Below are positions 55,336-64,000 of a stretch of 64,000 bases of DNA, one piece after another. This stretch comes from Octopus sinensis (lineage: Eukaryota): positions 4,216,001-4,280,000 of the forward strand of contig NC_043015.1 of NCBI RefSeq assembly GCF_006345805.1, written 5' to 3'. The notes beneath the pieces are model-generated. The model saw only the letters and a program-made list of their open reading frames with translations, was not told where the DNA came from and did no database searches. Within the stretch, counting starts at the first letter, position 1. The number at the start of each line of letters is the position of its first letter. Position numbers and translations under genes: made by a program.

Positions 55336-58300
55336 ATTGTTGTATTTCGGGATGGTCATTTTTTTCTTTGCAAAATAAACACAGGCACCCTATATTTATT
55401 CTTCACGTGCTAATTATTGTTCTTATTCTAACTCACGTCCATTGTTCGGAAGTCTTTCGTCACTCATCTGTGACCGCTCCAGCAACACTTTTTGTCTTCA
55501 CGTGTCTTCTTGCGCCACTTACTCCATTTTGCTCCTCAATGATGTATATATGCATCCGTGAGTGAATGTTTGCTTGTGTGCGTGTCATAGTCGTTAGCAG
55601 CCGTAAAACTTCCCTCTAAGCCCCGTTGTCGAAACTTTGGTACAGTTCTTCTGTCTCACTGTGTTTGCGTGTTCGCCCACGGTGTTTCCATCGTGTTACT
55701 TGTTGTTTTTGCCATCGCAGTCACCGCCGACATTGTCGTTGTTAGTTGTGTTTTTGATATTGCTGCAGCCGTTTGGGAAGTTATTTTGTGTGTGTTTATG
55801 AGTGTGTATGGGCTCACTTCTTATTTTGCTTGCATCAATGACATTTATACAGATTTATTTATCTATTTCTTATCTATCTTGTTCTTATAATTATCACAGA
55901 TATGTGACACAATATATTTCTTTTTATTTTTCCCTATCTCTACTTCTTATATACACCAGCAGTCTGTGTATATATATTTATTCGGTGTATATTACTCTAT
56001 GTATTATGTATTATTATTATATTTTTCCTCTCTCTTCTCCTACGTTCTGTCTTTAGTCACCTGGTGTGGTGTGTTGGTGGGTGTTATTGTTCCATTCCTG
56101 TTTTCTATTGTGCCTCGGCGGGTCTACTGCAATGTGTAGCCTCTGTGATCTGTATAAGTGTTATATCAGTTCTATGCATCGATAATACTTTAACTCCTAT
56201 GCTATTAATCCAGCCTCTATATTCTGCCTGAGCCTGTTGGTAGAGCATTGATAAGTCTTTCTGTTCCTTTGAGGTGCCGCCATTTTCACGTATACGCTCT
56301 TCTATGCCTATGCTGCATGCGGTCTTTCCAGTGTAGTTACCTGTCAAGTTTCTTCACCATCCCTCAGTACATCGGAAACTATACATTATATTCTTAATCT
56401 TACAGTTAACCGTGAGTTCATCCTACATAGAATGGCGACTTATAAATGGGATACAACAACAATATCAAATGGACATAACAACAATAAGAATAACGATGGA
56501 ACTACAAAGGAGAACAAACACTTAGAGATAGTGAGGTAGAAGCACGTCAAACGTAGGGGTCAGAATACCCATGGTGGTAACAGTGAAAATAATGAAAACA
56601 AATGCAGGGTCATCAGAATGGGATATAATAGCCACAAGGTTAATGGTGGGGCAGGTAGCAGCAACAACTATGAGAATAAGAATATCGGCAATGAGACGGC
56701 GAACATATACCACAATAACGGAAATAACTATGTAAATATGCAAACAAATACAAATATTACTGACAGCAATACACATAGAAACATCACAACCACCACCACT
56801 ACATCACCATCACAACTACCACGCCTCCACCACCACCACAATCACTGCTACCTACTTCACTGCTACACCCTTTGCTAAAAATGTCCCCAGATGTGTGTGA
56901 CAGCACAGAGGACCTACTCATCACAGTCAATGAGTGTAACCGTGTCTGCGACGTAACTGGATGCATAATAAGCAGTATAACTGGAGTACCCCTATACCCA
57001 TCCATTGATGTTGATGTTTCCGTGCAGAAATGTGTGGGGGGTGATCAGCGAGGGCGGTGAAGAATTTCGTGGTGTTGACACAGAAGAACTAGGCTTCCTC
57101 CTGAGACTGGCATGCGACAATGATGACTTAGATAAACATGACCTTAGTTGTTTATACTCCACTAGATCGATAAAAGCAGACCTCTTACCATAATTTGTAT
57201 GGCCAAGAAGACCTCTAAGGAGAGACAAAACGGGACAACCAGAGCTATACGGACCCCCGAAAAGCAATGTCCAGGTTAAAATGAAGGTCGCTCATGCAGT
57301 GGGTGCGAGTAACAAGATCACACTCAAGTGCCATATATTGAAGTTTAATGATTAGACATACGCTCGAGAACAAGGTGACACCATATTTATCAGTACCGCT
57401 TGCGATATGGCTAAGCTATTTGTAGTATGGTGGGATAAGAGACTTAAAGAAAAATTAACAGAGAACTCCATTAGCTTAACCATGTATACCCGCTTTGTGG
57501 ATGATACCAACATAGTAGCTAAAGCACCCCTACAAACAACGTTGATAATTTAGAAGCTAACACTATTGAAAGCATCCAGCAAATAGCTAACTCCATCCAC
57601 CCGAGTATTGAAATAGTGACAGACTACCATAGTAAGCACCCAAACTATAGGTTACACCATTTAAACATAGAACTCTGGCTAGAAACGAAGAATGGTAAGG
57701 TCCAGATTCTTCAAACTTATTATGCCAAAGCCATGGCTTCTAAGTAACTTATTTTCACAAGAACACGGCTATTGCGGACAACAGGTTCAACATTCTTATA
57801 ACTGACTTGAGGAATGTGAGAGTAATGAAGAATGTGTCACGCGTTTGTGACCCTGTTTAATTAGAAAGCCACATAGGTCATTTCATCCACCGCATGCAGT
57901 TCCTTTGCTACAGTAAAATGGTCAAGATGTGAGTGTACAAAAGAGCCAGGACTAAGCAGAAGGCCATCCTAGAGAGTGATGCTAAGGGGATCTGCCAGCT
58001 GCACAGGAGTAAACTCTGGAACAGCACAGGAAGGATTAGAAATAAGATAGATAAGGCCAACATTAAGTATTACATTAAGAAGTAATGTTCGTTGACGCTA
58101 CCCCTGGCGGCAAACTAATCGATCATAAGTAACGCTAATCTACGGATTAAGGTAGTAGAAAGGCTTGGTGCCTCTATAAAATCCCTGATCTGTTGAACCT
58201 ATTACTTTGATAAGCCCCTATGTACGGAGAACAAATGTGTTGTATGTAGAATGAACACACATGTTTACTGTAAGCTTAGGAATATAGCGTATAGCATACG

Positions 58301-59056
58301 ATGTACTGAGGGACGGTGTAGAAGCATGACAACTATGTTGGAGGGACAACATGCAGCATAGGAGAGCGTATAGATGACAATCGTGACACCTCAAAGAAGA
58401 GAAAGACTTGTCAGTGCTCTACCAACACGCTCAGGCAGAAAATGGATGCTCGATTAATAGCATAGAGGTTACAATATTGTCAACGCATAGAACTGAGACG
58501 ACACTTATAAAGATCACAGAGGTTACACACATAGCAGTCGGCAGACCGAGCCTGAATAGAAGACATATATTAATCGATTACACGCATCAACATACCACGT
58601 GACTACAAACAGAAAGGAGGAGTAGAGAGAGGAAAATATAATAATCGCAATAAATAATACACAGATACAAACAGGGTAATACACACAATCTACATATATA
58701 CACGTAACTGTGATATATATAAGAAATAGAGATAGAGAAATAAATGCCACATATCTGTAATAAATATAAGAAATAAAGAAAAGTAACAAATAATTAAATA
58801 TGTATAAAGGGCACGGATACAAACAACAGCGAACACGTATACACGCAAATACACACAGTATAACTTCACAAATCACCGTAAACTGTATCAAGTAGTGGAT
58901 GTGTGGTAAGTAGCTTGCTTACCAACCACATGGTTCCAGGTTCAATCCCACTCGTGGCATCTTGGGCAAGTGTCTTCTACTATAGCCTCGGGCCGACCAA
59001 AGCCTTTGTGAGTCGATTTGGTAGACGGAAACTGAAAGACGTCCATCGCATATATG

Positions 59057-59120
<64 letters not shown>

Positions 59121-59700
59121 GTGTGTGTGTGTGTGTGTCTGTGTGTCTGTGTGTGTCCCTGTGTGTTTGTCTCCATAGCCTTGCTTGACAACCGATGCTG
59201 GTGTGTTTATGTCCTCGTCACTTAGCGGTTCGGCAAAAGAGACCTATAGAATAAGTCCCGGGGTTGAGTTGCTCGACTAAAGGCGGTGCTCCAGCCTCGC
59301 CGCAGTGAAATGATTGAAACAAGTAAAATAGTTAAAGAATACGACTAAAGACGACAGCAGCAGCGGCGACAGGTCTGGCAATATCAACAGCAGCAAAGAC
59401 TACCACGGTGGCAACAACGTAGATGAACACACAAACTTAAAGATACAGAAGAACTGTCCTAGAATTTTCAAGTTGTAGGACGGCACTAGCGACAACAGGG
59501 AAATAGGATGGGACTGAAAGGAAGGTCATATGCCTGCTAAGAAAAATGGCACGCAAACACGCACACACACACACACGTAGATGCGCGCACAAACACAAAT
59601 ACTGACAGAAACGCATACGCAAAAAACAATACACATGATAGAAGAGCATAAAGGAGTTAGTGGAGCCAGAACACACACGGGGACGAAAAGTGTGACTGAT
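55336..59700 (+). mobile_element. Penelope-like retroelement (decayed RT + GIY-YIG) with an inverted copy of its 3' ~1.1 kb upstream
   Basis: STEDLL, LYPSID (~56992), AKLFVVWWDK, MYTRFVDD (57482-57505), CTENKCVVC, CKLRNIAYSIRC..NYVGGT..ERID. Region 55480-56430 is reverse-homologous to 58243-59700. Confidence 0.85.
58893..59336 (+). mobile_element. SINE family B inserted in the PLE 3' arm
   Basis: GGTTCAATCCC B-box, TGGCATCTTGGGCAAGTG CORE-like; absent from the homologous left arm. Confidence 0.9.
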
Positions 59701-60140
59701 AAGATCCCGTATATTTGACGACATTTTTTCGGATAATATACAAAAGTTAGAATAAAAACTAATAAATGAGTTATTCCAAACTTACAGGTAAAATTCAGTA
59801 TAACAATATTAGAACGAATTTCGCAATATATACTATATGATATATGTATATAACTAATTTACAGACAAACCACTATTCTACAACTCAGTCAAGAATTTTT
59901 ATTGTTCAATTTATACTTAATTTCATTTTAGATTAATATTTTTATGATGAATGTTTCTTTGTATGTTATTCACTGTGATTTTTAAAAGTATTTGCTCTTA
60001 TATACTATATAATGTTACTGTTCAATATCATATATTATTAAAATTTTAGATTATTATTTTGTATGGGATATGTCTCATGGCATAGATGGACGGGTTCTTC
60101 ATTGACTGAGTTGTCAAATGGTGATTCGTCTCTAAATTAA

Positions 60141-60205
<65 letters not shown>

Positions 60206-60517
60206 GTATATTAAAATAGTGTATATATATATATATATTAAAATAGTGTATATATTAAACACAAAAGAAAACTACCCTTTAACAAACAGGTAATTACTAA
60301 TTTCATTTCGTTTCATACTTCTGACAAATGTTAAACATGTATATATCCTCCACTCTTTCAAGTCTGATGTACATCGCCACCTATTGACTTTTGTGTAGTG
60401 GCCATTTTATTTTAGCAGCTCTTACGATTTCTGCTGTCAAAGGACCTTGTAGCGAGCGAATGCTTAAGAAACAAACACACATATTTATATTTATTTATGT
60501 GTATATACAGATGTCTG

Positions 60518-60555
<38 letters not shown>

Positions 60556-61714
60556 GAGAGAGAGAGAGAGACAGAGAGAGAGAGAGACAGACAGATACAC
60601 GTATATAAAGATATAGGTAATTAGGTATACAGGTTAGTCATGACAATAATGAAAACATGTGTAGGAAGCACGTACAGATGGCTTGGCCCTTTCAATTTTA
60701 TCTTCATTTCGAATATGATTACACTTATGTAAAATTCAAAGTAGTATTTACATGACATACTATAGTACTCTCTTATTATGCATTCAAGGCAGAATGTTTA
60801 ATGGTATTGTCAGTTAATTCATATCATATTTTATCTTCTATGACGTAGAGTGTGCCAGTTATCTCTGTCCGATCCTATATTTACCCCTTAATATCTGCCT
60901 GTGTAAATATTCAATAAATAGCGGCAGGACACGATATGTCAATGCTAACATAGCTGACAAGGATAAGTCGATATTTTTGTTAACATCATTCTAAACTATG
61001 CAGAACTAATCGTAAGATAATACAAATTTCATGGAATTAATATCTGTATCAGTAGCACGCGCGTGTAAATTGTTACATCATTTTAATTTTTCAAAGCTTC
61101 TCTGTCACGGCATTTTCATCAAAAGAGCCCCACTATCCAATGCTTTGTTCCAACCTAAAATCTTCTAAAGCCCTTCATGGTACATTGTCGTAGGTAGTAG
61201 AAGAAGTAGTTCTTCTAACTAGAATCATACGCTGCCTTATCGTGCATCGACGCCTCAAAGAGTTACTCATATATGCAAAGGGATATCGGAATGTTAAGAG
61301 CCATTATACATTTCCATATTACAAGACAGCTAGAAAATCAAACAAAGGTTATAACCGTTAGGCTAATGCAATGAAGATAATTTTCAGACTGAATTCCGAA
61401 TACTTGTTGGTATAATCATTTCGGTTGCATATAGGCTGTGTATTAAACGTATATTCTATCCATCCGCTCGAAGAGTAACGTCGCATAATATACAAATCAT
61501 AACTTGAATATGTGTGCCGTGTTATGTCGGCACATAATTTATAATATAATTGATAATGTGTGTATTTGTGCGTATATATATATTTCAATAAAAATATGTA
61601 TTTGCTAGGTGAATGAGTGTTTGTGTATACATATGTATGTATTTGTACATACACACATACATAGATACACACACACACACATTATATATATATGTATTTA
61701 TACATGTATATATA

Positions 61715-61746
<32 letters not shown>

Positions 61747-61762
61747 CATATATATTTGTGTC

Positions 61763-61796
<34 letters not shown>

Positions 61797-62726
61797 ATAT
61801 ATATATAATATATATATGTATATGTATATGTATATATATACATACAGTCGTAGTATATTCAGCTCACCTTTCATGTAGGTATAGATACAATAAATCTTTT
61901 CGTATTATTTCTTTTAACGTTAGCAAAGCAATATATTTGCAATTTTCTATGACACTTCTATTTCAGCTACTTATCTGCGAACATTTGCTTTTTATTAAAT
62001 ATTAAAAGTTTTGTCTTGAATTCAAATTAAATTTTACAAAGTAAATGTATATAAACGATAAGCAAAAAGAGAATATTTTTGCAGAAAATACAAGATGAAA
62101 ATCTCGGATTTCCTGTTGCCAGTTAAGCAAGATAAAATGAGTCACAATGTCTGACACGTATCAGCAAATTCGACTATGCTGATAACTATTCAAAATGGAA
62201 TATACACATTTAATTACATTTAAATCATATTTGATAGCTACTTACATCCATTTCATTGTTCTGAAACGTTCGTATCTTTTGTAGCACATTTTAACTTAAA
62301 TTTGTGTCTTATATTCTTTCCTGTAGTTCTAATTATTTGGTTATAGATGTTGAAATGCATGGAACACACTTTTACTTGAAAATTTCTATGTTGCCGCAGG
62401 CAAATGTTATACTCTTATGATAAAATATAAAATTGCCATTATATAGTTAAAACAAAAATAAAAGATGTAAACTGTAAATGTGATATGCGAATATTGCTAT
62501 TCGATACAATATTGCAATATCAGGCGATACAATTCTCTTATTCTGTATTCAGTTTTAATATATTCATGAGACTTGCCCATAATATGTGTATGCTAAAACT
62601 TCAGGTAGATTCAGTGAACAGAGTAATGCGAACCAATTTTCTTTTTTATAATTCGCTGCTATTATTGTTAGCTTTCTCACCGGAATATATGCTGAAAATT
62701 ATATATACGTATACCTTTTACTTCAT

Positions 62727-63023
62727 TCTTCCTTCGCGAGCCACGCTTGGCTCACAAGGGCCGGTTTCCCGGTTTACTTGGCGTATAGGCTCCCCACCTG
62801 GTCGGGGCGCCTATCTGTCACTGGTGAGCTGCAAGATGCAGGAGGAAAGAGTGAGAGAAATGTGTGGCGAAAGAGTCAGCAGAAGTTCGCCACGAACTTC
62901 TGCCGGAGCCGCGTGGAGCTTAGGTATTTCGCTCATAAACACACACATCTCCCGGTCTGACATTCGAACCCGCGATCCCTCGACCGCGAGTCCGCTGCTC
63001 TAACCACTAGGCCATATGCCTCC
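62727..63023 (-). mobile_element. SINE family C, tail type 2
   Basis: Head GGAGGCATATGGCCTAGTGGTTAGAGCAGCGGACTCGCGGTC..GGTTCGAA shared with 38562 and 47388; different 3' ~110 nt. Confidence 0.85.
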
Positions 63024-63329
63024 ACTACTTGTTAGTAGTAACTACACACAATTATATAAACGTATATGTGTCAGTAGTAACTACACCGGGCCTGCATGTT
63101 TGACGAATACTACATGAAGTATGTGCTGATGGAATTTATGATTGTCGTGTCATATGAAATACAATTCTTGGATATCATAACGAAAACAAAGGAAACGGTC
63201 CTTGGTAATCCTCACAGTAAATTCGTATAGTGAAAGGTAAATATGAAGTCGCATCAATGATAATTTTATACATTGGAGGTACTATTGTCATTGCATACTA
63301 CATATTCATGTCTTTGGGATTATTTCAGA

Positions 63330-63871
<542 letters not shown>

Positions 63872-63915
63872 GTGTGTGTGTGTGTCTGTGTGTATTTATG
63901 TATATATGGATGGAT

Positions 63916-64000
63916 GGAAGCACTCCGTCGGTTGCGACAATGAGGGTCCGGTTGATCCGATTCAGCGGAACAGCCTGCTCGTGAAATTAACGTGTAAGTG
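63916..64000 (+). mobile_element. 5' end of an interspersed repeat, probably the same leader family as 25591
   Basis: GC-rich, starts right after TA/TG tract, shares AGCACTCC with 25592; truncated by window end. Confidence 0.4.

Noticed and set aside
62940-63023. tRNA-like sequences (also 47388, 55220-55286, 19432, 4562)
   Set aside because: These are SINE heads: A/B boxes present, but no complete acceptor stem, and they continue into repeat bodies.
63034-63086. 14-bp direct repeat AGTAGTAACTACAC around 25 bp
   Set aside because: Too short to interpret; likely a local duplication or repair scar.

Overview
AT-rich eukaryotic DNA, intronic or intergenic, and very rich in microsatellites. It is most likely an octopus genome; this is inferred from the SINE families and (TA)n density. 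There is one 100-N scaffold gap (46895-46994). No intact protein-coding gene is recognisable, and almost all listed ORFs are microsatellite or transposon artefacts. The window holds many decayed mobile elements: four tRNA-derived SINE families, R4/Dong, L1/Tx1, RTE and CR1-like LINE fragments, four mariner relics, and Penelope-like elements (PLEs). The most notable signal is a set of short, mutually dissimilar elements, mostly beside or inside (TA)n tracts. They carry type-I hammerhead ribozyme (HHR) folds, often as fold-back palindromes or bracketed by inverted repeats. One of them (46381-46692) shares a 23-bp terminus and its HHR with the ~1.1-kb inverted arm of a decayed RT + GIY-YIG PLE (55336-59700). 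A few exon-like segments may belong to a decayed host gene (low confidence).
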